Positions 39,503 through 49,112 of a stretch of DNA of 52,191 nt are shown piece by piece. How positions within the stretch are numbered: position 1 is the stretch's first letter; the number at the start of each line of letters is the position of its first letter. A program made the translations under genes and the position numbers. The notes under the pieces were generated by a model that saw only the letters and a program-made list of their open reading frames with translations, was not told the DNA's origin and did not search any database. The stretch is from an uncultured Chitinophaga sp. (GTDB lineage: Bacteria > Bacteroidota > Bacteroidia > NS11-12g > UBA955), in the NCBI GenBank assembly GCA_964600345.1, contig CAZRKA010000001.1, positions 1 through 52,191 of the forward strand. The letters run 5' to 3'.

Positions 39503-40066
39503 TTATTCTGCCTCGGCTTCTACAGATTCTACCTGAGGAACCATTCTTTTCAGCAGATTTTCTATGCCTGCCTTTAAGGTAAAGGTAGAAGAGGGGCATC
39601 CGCTGCAGCTTCCTTTCATGACCACAGTCACAATACCATCTTTAAAAGATTTGAAACTGATGGCGCCGCCGTCCATTTCTACAGCAGGTTTAACATGATC
39701 GTCGAGTAGTCTTTTGATTTTAGTTTCAATTTCACTTTCCTCTTCAGGTGTAAGTGATTTGTTAAGACTGATAATTTCTTTACCGCTTTCGATGTAGTTT
39801 TTAATAAATTCTCTTACCACCGGTAAATGTTCGGCCCACTGTTCATCAGGGAGTTTGGTAATGGAAATAAAATTATTCATTATAAATACCCCGTTGGCAA
39901 ACTTGAACTGATCAAATATTTCAACGGCCAGTGGTGAATTGCTTTCTGCCTTTTCGCGTGTTCTGTAGTCGGCACTGTCATTAGGCAATATCATCTTGCT
40001 GACTACGAATTTCATACTGTCCGGATTCGGAGTAGCTTCTGCATATACGGTTACGAAATCGCTCAT
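39503..40066 (-). CDS. NifU/Nfu-type Fe-S cluster scaffold/carrier (Nfu_N plus NifU C-terminal domain)
   Basis: The C-terminal motif GSCSGCPSS is preceded by an Nfu N-terminal-like domain. Confidence 0.9.
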   Translation of the reverse strand: MSDFVTVYAEATPNPDSMKFVVSKMILPNDSADYRTREKAESNSPLAVEIFDQFKFANGVFIMNNFISITKLPDEQWAEHLPVVREFIKNYIESGKEIISLNKSLTPEEESEIETKIKRLLDDHVKPAVEMDGGAISFKSFKDGIVTVVMKGSCSGCPSSTFTLKAGIENLLKRMVPQVESVEAEAE

Positions 40067-40091
40067 AAAGTTCTTATTTAGAATTATTCTA

Positions 40092-40099
40092 CAAAACTA
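40092..40099 (-). promoter_or_regulatory. Candidate -7 box TAGTTTTG (minus strand)
   Basis: Exact TAnnTTTG match 25 nt upstream of the ATG at 40066. Confidence 0.4.
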
Positions 40100-40238
40100 A
40101 GCATAAGATTTGGAAATCCGTATAAGTATTAGCTATACTGAACATGTATTTTGTTTATTCTACATTTAAACACACCGATTTCCGGATTTTTTGCATTCCC
40201 GAAAGACAACCTTCAAATATTTTAAAGGTCAAAGGGGT

Positions 40239-41474
40239 ATGAAAATTCTAATTTTATTGTCTCTTGTATTCTGCTCATTCGCTGTGAATGCTCAGAAAAA
40301 CTGCAACAGAATAACTCAAAACTATACGCCTCTATGCGATCTGGGAAGCGACAGTTTTATGGGATTTACAGGAGGTTTATATCCGGACGGAAAAAATAAA
40401 CCGCAGGGCAATTATAAGCTGGATATTGATCAGAGAGCCGCCATGATTGAACCTCTCGACAGCAACGGATTAGCCTCTGCAGATGGAAAAATTGTAATGA
40501 TAGGGGTGGGGGCTTCCAATCCAAGGACTGAATTTGCCGCATTTCAGAATTTACTCGACAGTTTTAAGAACAGGAATCCGTATTTGTATACTGTGAACAC
40601 ATGTCAAGGCGGACAGGGTGTTCAGAAAATGAATAATCCGGCGGACAACTACTGGAAACTGGCGGATAATATTTTTGATTCTGTGAAAGTGCATCCTTTG
40701 CAGGTTCAGGTTGCATGGATAGAAACTGAAAACACGCAGAAAGGGGATAGTACATTTCCTTCGGCACCCATATCGCTTATAAATGATCTGAAAATTCTGC
40801 TTCAGACGCTTAAACAGAAATATCCCAATCTCAGGTTGTGCTATCTGAGTGCCAGAGCATATTCAGGCTGGGCGAGCAGTTCGCTGGGCAAAGGACTTGA
40901 ACATCCGCGCGATTATTACAACGGGTGGGCGTGTAAATGGCTGATTGACAGTGCAGCTGCAGGTAAAGACGGATTTATCTATAAGGGAAACGGCGCTCAG
41001 ATTGCGCTGCCATTGTATTCCACCTATATGTGGACCAATAGAGGTGATACCCGCCTGGATGGATTTTCTGTCGATTGCAACACGGATATCGGCAACGACG
41101 GCCTTCACCTGAGTGCCGCCGGAGAAATGAAGCTGGGAGCACAGATTTTAAGTTTCTTTGCGGGTGACAGCAGCAGTGTGCCCTGGTTTCTTGCTTCAAA
41201 AACCAGCTCAGTTATTCCTAAGATAGTCAAAGGCGGATTTAATATATATCCAAATCCGGCTGTTTCGCTGATCAACATTGAAAATACGAATAAGGACGGT
41301 GGAGAATTCAGTCTTGAAATCCTTAATTCACAGTTGCAGATTGTATTAAAAGCCGCTTCCATGAACGGCATAATCATCTCAGACATTTCTTTTCTGCCCG
41401 ACGGAGTATATTGCGTTTCTGTTAATGATAACGGTATTGTTAGCTATTACAGTCTCATAATCCGTAAGGGATAA
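40239..41474 (+). CDS. T9SS-secreted protein with possible SGNH-hydrolase-like domain
   Basis: Signal peptide MKILILLSLVFCSFAVNAQ from the ATG at 40239. The C-terminal 85 aa or so (FNIYPNPAVSLINIEN...YSLIIRKG) is a T9SS sorting domain. NDGLHLS resembles SGNH block V (DxxH). Confidence 0.7.
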   Translation: MKILILLSLVFCSFAVNAQKNCNRITQNYTPLCDLGSDSFMGFTGGLYPDGKNKPQGNYKLDIDQRAAMIEPLDSNGLASADGKIVMIGVGASNPRTEFAAFQNLLDSFKNRNPYLYTVNTCQGGQGVQKMNNPADNYWKLADNIFDSVKVHPLQVQVAWIETENTQKGDSTFPSAPISLINDLKILLQTLKQKYPNLRLCYLSARAYSGWASSSLGKGLEHPRDYYNGWACKWLIDSAAAGKDGFIYKGNGAQIALPLYSTYMWTNRGDTRLDGFSVDCNTDIGNDGLHLSAAGEMKLGAQILSFFAGDSSSVPWFLASKTSSVIPKIVKGGFNIYPNPAVSLINIENTNKDGGEFSLEILNSQLQIVLKAASMNGIIISDISFLPDGVYCVSVNDNGIVSYYSLIIRKG

Positions 41475-41475
41475 G

Positions 41476-41494
41476 CTGTTATTTGTGTTAACAG
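41476..41494. terminator. Weak hairpin between convergent genes
   Basis: CTGTTA-TTTGTGT-TAACAG, a 6-bp stem directly after the stop at 41474. There is no strong U-tract. Confidence 0.3.
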
Positions 41495-41510
41495 GGATCT
41501 CAGATCTCTG

Positions 41511-42350
41511 CTACCAGAGCAGTGCGAGTGCTTCTTTAGTTCGGCCTTCTGCAAGAAGTTTTTTAGCCGTCTGAAACTTATCGCTGCCCGCGAATTCGAG
41601 TTTTACAGATTGCATCCATTCCTCGTCAGGCATTTCTTCAATATTGCCCAGTTTACCCAGATCGTTACCGCTAAGCAAATGACTGAGACGAATGTGTTCG
41701 GGTAGTGAATCCACCCCGATTCCACAATTGGTAAGTGGTTTTACAAGTTCGAAAAGTGCATCACCGTGAGCCCTGCAATACCAGTCGCCACCCATACGTG
41801 CAACCAGATCAATTTTGCGCTGGTCTATCTGTCCGTGTTCGTTGAGTTTGCTTTCATCAATATGAAGTTTAAGCACTTTGCAAATGATCAGATTTCCTGC
41901 GCCACCGTTTTCACCGAGTTCTATAACCTGTATCACTTCGCATTCGAGCTGCACCGGACTCTCCTTGACGCGCGCGGGTTTGACTAGGTCTGAATCAAGG
42001 GGAGTAAAGCCGGTTTTCACAAATTCATCGACTCCTTTCGGATATGGCGAACTTGCCAGTGACATCTGATGAACCATTTCGTAATTGACGACATTGATTA
42101 CCACCTGAGGTACTTCTTTTACATTGTCATAAGTGTGTTTACTTTCTCCTGTTCTGCCGCTTCTCGCCGGAGAAAAAACCAGCACAGGCGGATTGGCACT
42201 GAACACATTGAAAAAACTAAAAGGAGCGAGATTTCTTCTCCCTTCACTGTCGACAGTGCTGGCGAAACAGATGGGCCGTGGACCAATACTTCCAAGCAGC
42301 AACTGATGCAGTTTTGGTACCGTTAGTTCGGAGGGTAAGACAGAAAGCAT
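41511..42350 (-). CDS. Flavin reductase-like FMN-binding protein
   Basis: The motif GPRPICFASTVDSEGRRNLAPFSFFN is characteristic of the flavin reductase domain. An extra C-terminal helical region of about 70 aa follows. Confidence 0.8.
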   Translation of the reverse strand: MLSVLPSELTVPKLHQLLLGSIGPRPICFASTVDSEGRRNLAPFSFFNVFSANPPVLVFSPARSGRTGESKHTYDNVKEVPQVVINVVNYEMVHQMSLASSPYPKGVDEFVKTGFTPLDSDLVKPARVKESPVQLECEVIQVIELGENGGAGNLIICKVLKLHIDESKLNEHGQIDQRKIDLVARMGGDWYCRAHGDALFELVKPLTNCGIGVDSLPEHIRLSHLLSGNDLGKLGNIEEMPDEEWMQSVKLEFAGSDKFQTAKKLLAEGRTKEALALLW

Positions 42351-42455
42351 GAGGCAAATTTAAGCTTTTGTTGAATAATCAGATTCGTACAGTTAGTATA
42401 GAAAATACTTATTTCAAGATCATGGTTCTGCTCACGCCGGCAAAACCTAAATGCG

Positions 42456-42463
42456 TATCTTTG
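42456..42463 (+). promoter_or_regulatory. Candidate -7 box TATCTTTG for mnmA
   Basis: Exact TAnnTTTG match 10 nt upstream of the ATG at 42474. Confidence 0.45.
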
Positions 42464-42473
42464 CAGGTCTTAA

Positions 42474-43667
42474 ATGGCTAAAGTTGTAGTTGGATTGAGC
42501 GGAGGCGTCGATTCGTCGGTAGCGGCATACCTTCTTAAGAAAGAAGGTCATGAAGTTATTGGTATGTTTATGAAGAACTGGCACGATACTTCGGTAACCA
42601 TCAGCGACGAGTGTCCCTGGATAGACGACAGCAACGATGCCATGCTGCTTGCCGAAAGTTTGGGCATACCGTTTCAGACAATCGATTTGAGCGAAACATA
42701 CAAAAAACGCATAGTGGATTATATGTTCAGTGAATACGAGGCCGGACGAACACCTAATCCCGATGTGCTTTGCAACCGCGAAATCAAATTTGATGTTTTT
42801 CTCAAAGCAGCCTTGCAGCTGGGCGCAGATTATGTGGCGACCGGCCATTATTGCAGAAAGGATGAAATAGAAACGGATGATGGCAAAATTTACCGATTAC
42901 TTGCAGGTAAGGACGGCAATAAAGACCAGAGTTATTTTTTGTGTCAGGTAAGTCAGGAGCAGCTTGCAAAGGCATTGTTTCCAATCGGTCATCTGACTAA
43001 ATCCGAAGTCAGAACGATTGCAGCCGGAGCGGGGCTTGCAACAGCAGAAAAAAAAGATTCTCAGGGATTGTGTTTTATCGGCAAAGTAAGATTGCCTGAT
43101 TTTCTGCAACAGGAATTGAAACCCAAAAAGGGCGACATAATTGAGATAGACAGAAATTCAGCGTTGTTTAATCAAACTGTTTCGGGAAGTGGAAACAGTG
43201 CGTCGGAAACAGTTCCCGAATCTCTTTGCAAAGCCGTTGTATACAAACCGGAAGATGGAATAAAAGCCGGAGAGCACAACGGCGCACATTATTTCACCAT
43301 CGGGCAGAGAAAAGGTCTGAACATAGGAGGAAAAGCCGAGGGTATGTTTGTCCTGGCAACAGATACTAAAACCAATACTATTTATGTAGGTATGGGAGAA
43401 GACCATCCGGGACTGCTCAGAAAAGGCTTGTTTATTCCCGAAAAAGATATTCACTGGATAAGACAGGACCTGGAAATGAAAACAGGAGAGTCAAGAGAAT
43501 ACATGGTAAGAATCCGCTATCGTCAGGCCCTTGTTAAAGCAAGCTTATTCCGCAAAGCGGAGGGTATTTATATTGTTTTTGACAAACCTGCAAAAGCAAT
43601 TGCTGCAGGGCAGTTTGCAGCCTGGTATACGGGTGAGGAACTTATTGGCAGCGGCGTGATTGCCTGA
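42474..43667 (+). CDS. mnmA: tRNA 2-thiouridine(34) synthase
   Basis: PP-loop [26 protein letters not shown] and DQSYFL. Full-length family match. Confidence 0.95.
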   Translation: MAKVVVGLSGGVDSSVAAYLLKKEGHEVIGMFMKNWHDTSVTISDECPWIDDSNDAMLLAESLGIPFQTIDLSETYKKRIVDYMFSEYEAGRTPNPDVLCNREIKFDVFLKAALQLGADYVATGHYCRKDEIETDDGKIYRLLAGKDGNKDQSYFLCQVSQEQLAKALFPIGHLTKSEVRTIAAGAGLATAEKKDSQGLCFIGKVRLPDFLQQELKPKKGDIIEIDRNSALFNQTVSGSGNSASETVPESLCKAVVYKPEDGIKAGEHNGAHYFTIGQRKGLNIGGKAEGMFVLATDTKTNTIYVGMGEDHPGLLRKGLFIPEKDIHWIRQDLEMKTGESREYMVRIRYRQALVKASLFRKAEGIYIVFDKPAKAIAAGQFAAWYTGEELIGSGVIA

Positions 43668-43697
43668 TTAATTACAAGTGATTTCTTATTAAAATAG

Positions 43698-43723
43698 GAA
43701 AGCTCCCTCTTACAGGAGCTTTC
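43698..43723. terminator. Bidirectional intrinsic-terminator-like hairpin
   Basis: Perfect 9-bp stem GAAAGCTCC / GGAGCTTTC with the 8-nt loop CTCTTACA, between convergent mnmA and the OmpA-family gene. Both flanks are A/T-rich. Confidence 0.6.
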
Positions 43724-43750
43724 TCAATAATTTGATTTAAATAATTTATT

Positions 43751-45592
43751 TTATTCGCAGGCTTTCTTTACAAATTCCTCCCACTGGTCGTCGGGAACGT
43801 AAACCAGTTTTGGTGTTTTCCAGTTGCCGGTGAGGAAATTGGTTTTAAGTTCACTGCCTTTGCCAATCCAGGCGTAGCGTTTACCATCAACCACTACATA
43901 AGCCATGAAAATATGATCTTTGTATTGTTTCTTTTCCTTTTTGCCGATTTTAGGTTGATTGAAACTGTGCTTTCCTTTATTGGCCAGGAATTTGGCAGTA
44001 GAAGTTTTATTTTCGTCTTTAGAGCCGTATACCAGCATGACATTATTGAATTTCTTAGTCTTTACTTTAACTAATTTCTTAGGTGCGGCTTCCTGATCAT
44101 CACTGTCCTCAGTTTTATCTTTATCCTTGCTTCCTTTTTCCAGAGGAGTTAGTTCAAGCAGGGTGTAAAAACCGGTAAACGGTGCTTCGAACACCCAGTA
44201 ATCGCAGTTTACCAGTCCCTGACATGCATCACTGAAAACGATTTTGGTTGTCCAGTCGAGGTAGTTGTCCTTTTTGGTTTCTGCAGGTAAAATAGCGTAT
44301 TGTTTTCCTTCGTGAGCAGGGAATTTGCTTTTGGGAATCAGAATCAGCACTTTGGTTTTCTTGACCATTATCATATCCGCCGTGTCATTTTTCTGAGACA
44401 CATTAAAGTCAATAAACTTGACTATCTCTCGCGAGAATTTAGGAATCTGAGGCACGTCTCCTACACCCGGGAGCAAGAATCCATTGCAAAAATTAAGGAA
44501 AGTTTCGGGGTACAAGTCGTCGAGGACTTCAAAATAAGCTTTTGAAGCATCTACTTTTTTGAAGCAGCCTTCGTTGATGATTACGATAGATTTATCGCTG
44601 CCAAATTTAGCGTAAGGGTCGCTGTTTTCGGGCGTTTCGAGTCCGCCAAACGGATCGGCATTGCAATAGCCGCATGGAGGTTTCTGCCCCATATTGCACC
44701 ATACATTAAAATCAATCTGATTAAAGGAAACGGTTTTGCAATCCTGTTCAGCTGATTTAAATGCAGTTCTGGTATCGGCAACTTTTATTGATGATTCGGG
44801 CTTCCAGGTAATCGCTTTGGCTTTCTCTTCGACACCTTTATAATAACTGTATCCTGTTTGATTGTTTGCCATGGGTACGCTTACTTCTATGGGCAACACA
44901 CCTTTGACAGGTTTTCCCTTATAAGTCGCCACTACTTTAAACATTCCACCACTTAACAGTTTATTTCCCTCGTTGTCGAAATTACTCAGATTGTATTTTT
45001 TCATATCATCTGCATTTTCAACGTAAATGATACTAAAGTTCAATTCATCGTTATTGTAATTTTCGAAAGTGTTTGCTCTTACCTTGACGGTGACGCAGCC
45101 TGATTTGATAATGGTGTCGCGGTCGGGACGAGCCATGTACATCACAATGTCTACACGGCGCATTTCGCTCAGATCAGATTCCTTGCCGCTGACTTTTTCG
45201 CCGAAGAATGCAGATGCAAATTTGACTTTGTACTGCATCAGATTTTTTCCGGTGATGTAATTTGAAACTGTATCGGTACGCCTGTTGGATAATTCCATAT
45301 TGGCCTCGGCGCCACCTGTTGTATCGGCATAACCGTTTACCTGTATTCGTCTTACATTCGGAGATGTCTTGAGCAGGGCCACAACCGAATCAAGTACTTT
45401 GTAACCCTCAGGTTTGATTTTGGCCTGGTTGACGTCAAAATACACGCTGTATTTTTGCTGAATACTGTAGGTACCTTCAGGTTTTACTGATCCTGTTTTA
45501 GCAGCAGGTTTTCTGGTTTGTGAAAATGCGGTAGTTAAACAAAAAGCAAATAAGACCATCGCTGCGGTCTTTAGGAAATTGAGATTTTTCAT
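43751..45592 (-). CDS. OmpA-family protein with N-terminal peptidoglycan-binding domain and a large uncharacterised C-terminal domain
   Basis: Signal peptide MKNLNFLKTAAMVLFAFCLTTAFSQ from the ATG at 45592. The OmpA_C-like motif (VNGYADTTGGAEANMELSNRRTDTV ... RRVDIVMY) is at about aa 50-155. The remaining 450 aa or so has no recognised motif. Confidence 0.8.
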   Translation of the reverse strand: MKNLNFLKTAAMVLFAFCLTTAFSQTRKPAAKTGSVKPEGTYSIQQKYSVYFDVNQAKIKPEGYKVLDSVVALLKTSPNVRRIQVNGYADTTGGAEANMELSNRRTDTVSNYITGKNLMQYKVKFASAFFGEKVSGKESDLSEMRRVDIVMYMARPDRDTIIKSGCVTVKVRANTFENYNNDELNFSIIYVENADDMKKYNLSNFDNEGNKLLSGGMFKVVATYKGKPVKGVLPIEVSVPMANNQTGYSYYKGVEEKAKAITWKPESSIKVADTRTAFKSAEQDCKTVSFNQIDFNVWCNMGQKPPCGYCNADPFGGLETPENSDPYAKFGSDKSIVIINEGCFKKVDASKAYFEVLDDLYPETFLNFCNGFLLPGVGDVPQIPKFSREIVKFIDFNVSQKNDTADMIMVKKTKVLILIPKSKFPAHEGKQYAILPAETKKDNYLDWTTKIVFSDACQGLVNCDYWVFEAPFTGFYTLLELTPLEKGSKDKDKTEDSDDQEAAPKKLVKVKTKKFNNVMLVYGSKDENKTSTAKFLANKGKHSFNQPKIGKKEKKQYKDHIFMAYVVVDGKRYAWIGKGSELKTNFLTGNWKTPKLVYVPDDQWEEFVKKACE

Positions 45593-45993
45593 GCCATGCA
45601 AAAATATTAAAAATCAACGGCATTTTAAAGCTTGCACAGAATTTTAAATGATGCGGAACACTTTGTAAAATAAATGTTTAGTATTAATTACCTGCATATT
45701 TAAAACATCGAAATCTAACGATTAAAAATCATTGAATAAATCAAGTTATTAGAAATCAATAAACTTGACTTAATTTGTATGGTTTGTGAAATAATAAAAT
45801 TATACCTGAAGCCAGTAAAATAGAATTTTTTTCTAATGCAGGATTAGTCACAGGTTAATTAATCCATTGACTTTATCGATATTTAACGCTGTAAAAAAGC
45901 CCTCTTTCTATAGGATTTAATGCGTGAAAATAAATTTACGCTGATAAAAATTATTCATGAAAATCAAACACAGACAATTTTGACAGCAAAAAA

Positions 45994-47508
45994 TTATGGC
46001 AACAAGCGGCCATACATCCTTGGAAACGGAATACTTTCTCTGACGTGTTTAAGTTTACACAACCAGGTTACCAGTCTTTCCAGACCTAGCCCAAAGCCTG
46101 CATGCGGAACGCTTCCGTATCTTCTCAGATCGAGATACCATTCAAAATCCTGCATCGGCAATTCGTGTTCAATTATTTTTTCCCTCAGTTTTTGTTCATC
46201 GGTTTCACGTTCTCCACCGCCGACAATTTCGCCGTATCCTTCAGGAGCGAGCACATCAACACCGCGTGCAAAACGGGGATCTTCAGGATTTCGTTTCAGG
46301 TAAAAAGCTTTAACGGCATGCGGCCAGTCGTATACCATCACCGGAACATCGAACAGGCGCGTAATAACTGTTTCATCGCTGCCTCCCAAATCGTTTCCGT
46401 ATTCGAAATTGCGGGCGCTCTGTATCCACTGGGGTATGTTGCGTTGCTGTTCTTCCAGTTCTTTCAGATCGTTTTTCAGAGTAGCCACTTTATTCTGGTT
46501 GAAATTGATTTCTCCTTTTTTCATTCCGGGCTCGGCAAGCTTTGCTTCGCGTTCGGCAATTTCTTTTGTGACGGCGGCAATTTCGGCTTCCACTTTTGCC
46601 AGTTCTGTTTCAAGAGAAGTAATGCTGTTCTGACCGTTTACATCTTTTTCTCCTTTGATAATAGCAACTGCTTCGTCGTATGTAAGACGCGGAAAAGGTT
46701 TAAGACTGCTTTCGAGAATTGAGGTATCCCTGTCTATCAGTTTGAGTTCGCTCCGGCAATTGTCGAGAACAGCCTTGATGACATATTTCAGAAAGCTTTC
46801 AATCAGATCCATGTTCTGATGAATGTCATAAAATGCTATTTCGGGTTCAATCATCCAGAATTCGGACAGATGCCGGCGGGTTTTGCTTTTTTCGGCCCTG
46901 AAAGTGGGTCCGAAAGTATAAATCTTTCCGAATGCCATTGCCATTGCTTCACCGTAAAGTTGTCCGCTTTGACTCAGGTATGCCGGATCGCCGTAGAAAT
47001 CGGTTTCAAACAGGTTGGTAGTTCCTTCGCAGGCATTGCCGGTAAAAACAGGCGCGTCCATTTGAACAAAACCTTCTTTTTGAAAAAACTGATGAATACT
47101 GTAAATGATGGTGTTTCTGATACGAAGAATGGCCCACTGCCTCTGACTGCGGAGCCAAAGGTGGCGTTTGTCCATCAGAAAATCTATACCGTGCTCTTTT
47201 TTAGCTATCGGATATTCTTCAGCAATTTGTATAATTTCAAGTTTACTGACATGAACCTCAAAACCGCCTATCTGACGTTCATCTTTTACAACATTTCCGT
47301 GAATTTCGACAGCACTTTCAAGACTTAGTTTTCCGGCATTTTCGAATTCTACGGCACTTATTTTACTTGCATCTGCAATGCACTGACAGACGCCGCTGCC
47401 ATCCCTCAGATTAATAAACACAAGTCCTTTACTGTCTCTCCTGTTAGCCACCCATCCTTTCAGAATGACTTCTTTCCCTTCAAATTGCGATAAATCCCTG
47501 ATGTACAT
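45994..47508 (-). CDS. asnS: Asparagine--tRNA ligase
   Basis: Class II motif 2 FRAEKSKTRRHLSEFWMIEPE and motif 3 GFGLGLERL, an N-terminal OB fold, and the C-terminal IPFPRMYGRLLP. Carries an extra helical insertion at about aa 288-365. Confidence 0.9.
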   Translation of the reverse strand: MYIRDLSQFEGKEVILKGWVANRRDSKGLVFINLRDGSGVCQCIADASKISAVEFENAGKLSLESAVEIHGNVVKDERQIGGFEVHVSKLEIIQIAEEYPIAKKEHGIDFLMDKRHLWLRSQRQWAILRIRNTIIYSIHQFFQKEGFVQMDAPVFTGNACEGTTNLFETDFYGDPAYLSQSGQLYGEAMAMAFGKIYTFGPTFRAEKSKTRRHLSEFWMIEPEIAFYDIHQNMDLIESFLKYVIKAVLDNCRSELKLIDRDTSILESSLKPFPRLTYDEAVAIIKGEKDVNGQNSITSLETELAKVEAEIAAVTKEIAEREAKLAEPGMKKGEINFNQNKVATLKNDLKELEEQQRNIPQWIQSARNFEYGNDLGGSDETVITRLFDVPVMVYDWPHAVKAFYLKRNPEDPRFARGVDVLAPEGYGEIVGGGERETDEQKLREKIIEHELPMQDFEWYLDLRRYGSVPHAGFGLGLERLVTWLCKLKHVRESIPFPRMYGRLLP

Positions 47509-47535
47509 TTTTAATGTTTTCTTTTAAATAAACTG

Positions 47536-47543
47536 CAAAATTA
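47536..47543 (-). promoter_or_regulatory. Candidate -7 box TAATTTTG (minus strand) for asnS
   Basis: Exact TAnnTTTG match 27 nt upstream of the ATG at 47508. Confidence 0.4.
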
Positions 47544-47587
47544 GTTTACTTTGCACATAAATTCAGTATTGAAAAGAAAATTTCCCG

Positions 47588-49075
47588 ATGCTCAAACAAT
47601 CACTTAGTCAGAAGCTTTTACAAAAACTGTCGCCTCAGCAGATTCAGTTTATAAAACTGTTGCAGATGACTACGGCTGATTTTGAAGAAAGAGTAGAGCA
47701 GGAGCTGCTCGACAATCCGGCCCTTGAGAAAAGTGATGACGACCCCGATGCCAGCAACTTTACTGCTACCGAAACCAAAAAGGATGAGTTCAACAATGAG
47801 GAATCGATGAACGACGACTATAACAGTGCTGATACATTCGACAACGATGATTTCAATGTTTCGGAATTTCTGAGCGGCGACGACAACAACGCCACATTCA
47901 AGATGACCGACGATTACGGTGATGAAGAGCAAAAGGAAATGCCCATCGCCTATCAGCAAAGTTTCTACGATTTTCTGGTTGATCAGGTTCACGCCAATTT
48001 TGAAGAAGGAGAAGATCTGCAGCTTGCCATGCACATAGTTGGGAATATTGAGGAAGATGGTTATCTGAGAAGGGAACTGTCTGCAATTGTCAATGACCTT
48101 GCCTTTACAGAAAACATCAGCACATCAGAAGATCACCTGGAGAGAATACTGACCAAAATTCAGAATTTTGATCCTCCGGGTATTGGTGCCCGCAACCTGC
48201 AGGAGTGTCTTTTATTGCAGTTGTATAAAAAAGATTACGGCGGAAACAAATCACTTGATCTGGCCGAGCGCATCATTTCCGATCACATGGAAGCTTTTGT
48301 AAAGAAGCATTACGACAAGATTAAAAGCGCACTTAAAATAAATGATCAGGATCTGAAGGGCGCTTTAAAAGAAATTACAAGACTAAACCCCAAACCGGGA
48401 CAATCGCAATCTCAGTCCGTTTCGCAGTATATCATTCCCGATTTTACGGTAGTAAATGAGGACGGTACACTCAGGGTTATTTTGAATTCAAGAAATGCTC
48501 CTGAATTAAAACTCAGTCATTCATACAGCGAGACACTTCAGGCTTACGATAAGGATGCCGGCAAAGACAAGAACCTTAAAGACGCTGTACAGTATATCAA
48601 ACAGAAACTGGATGGGGCCAAATGGTTTATAGACAGTGTCAAGCAAAGACAGCATACCCTGCAATTAACGATGACTGCCATCGTACAGGCACAGCGGGAT
48701 TTTTTCCTTTACGGTGATGAGACCTCGCTGAAGCCTATGATTTTAAAAGATATTGCCGATAAGATTCAAATGGATATTTCAACGATTTCGCGTGTTGCCA
48801 ACAGCAAATATGTGCAGACCGATTTTGGCATTTATCCATTAAAATATTTTTTCAGCGAAGGAATTGTCAATGAAAGCGGTGAAGAAGTCAGCAACAGGGA
48901 AGTTAAAAAAATCCTCAGCGATGCCATAGACGGCGAAAGCAAGAAAAAACCGCTTACAGACGAAGCCCTTATGGACTTGCTCAAAGACAAGGGTTATAAT
49001 ATTGCCAGAAGAACTGTTGCCAAATACAGAGAGCAGCTCAATATTCCCGTAGCAAGACTTAGAAAGGAACTCTGA
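47588..49075 (+). CDS. rpoN: RNA polymerase sigma-54 factor
   Basis: Region I (LSQKLLQKLSPQQIQFIKLLQ), an acidic region II, the core-binding domain, and the C-terminal RpoN box ARRTVAKYREQL. Confidence 0.95.
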   Translation: MLKQSLSQKLLQKLSPQQIQFIKLLQMTTADFEERVEQELLDNPALEKSDDDPDASNFTATETKKDEFNNEESMNDDYNSADTFDNDDFNVSEFLSGDDNNATFKMTDDYGDEEQKEMPIAYQQSFYDFLVDQVHANFEEGEDLQLAMHIVGNIEEDGYLRRELSAIVNDLAFTENISTSEDHLERILTKIQNFDPPGIGARNLQECLLLQLYKKDYGGNKSLDLAERIISDHMEAFVKKHYDKIKSALKINDQDLKGALKEITRLNPKPGQSQSQSVSQYIIPDFTVVNEDGTLRVILNSRNAPELKLSHSYSETLQAYDKDAGKDKNLKDAVQYIKQKLDGAKWFIDSVKQRQHTLQLTMTAIVQAQRDFFLYGDETSLKPMILKDIADKIQMDISTISRVANSKYVQTDFGIYPLKYFFSEGIVNESGEEVSNREVKKILSDAIDGESKKKPLTDEALMDLLKDKGYNIARRTVAKYREQLNIPVARLRKEL

Positions 49076-49112
49076 ACCGGAGTCTTCTTAAACTATAATT
49101 CAAAAACACTAT

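Noticed and set aside
42579-42593. TGGCACGATACTTCG, the closest thing to a sigma-54 -24/-12 element that I found
   Set aside because: It lies inside the mnmA coding sequence, and the -12 element reads TTCG rather than TTGC. The other TGGCA-containing sites have the wrong spacing, including 22898 inside the S41 peptidase gene and the CGGCAT...TTGCA site near 45620. No credible sigma-54 promoter is visible in any intergenic region.
46102-46722. A 206-aa plus-strand ORF, together with 45920..46303 and 46819..47328
   Set aside because: All three are antisense to asnS, which carries clear class II synthetase motifs. Their translations are Phe/Cys/Ser-rich low-complexity sequence.
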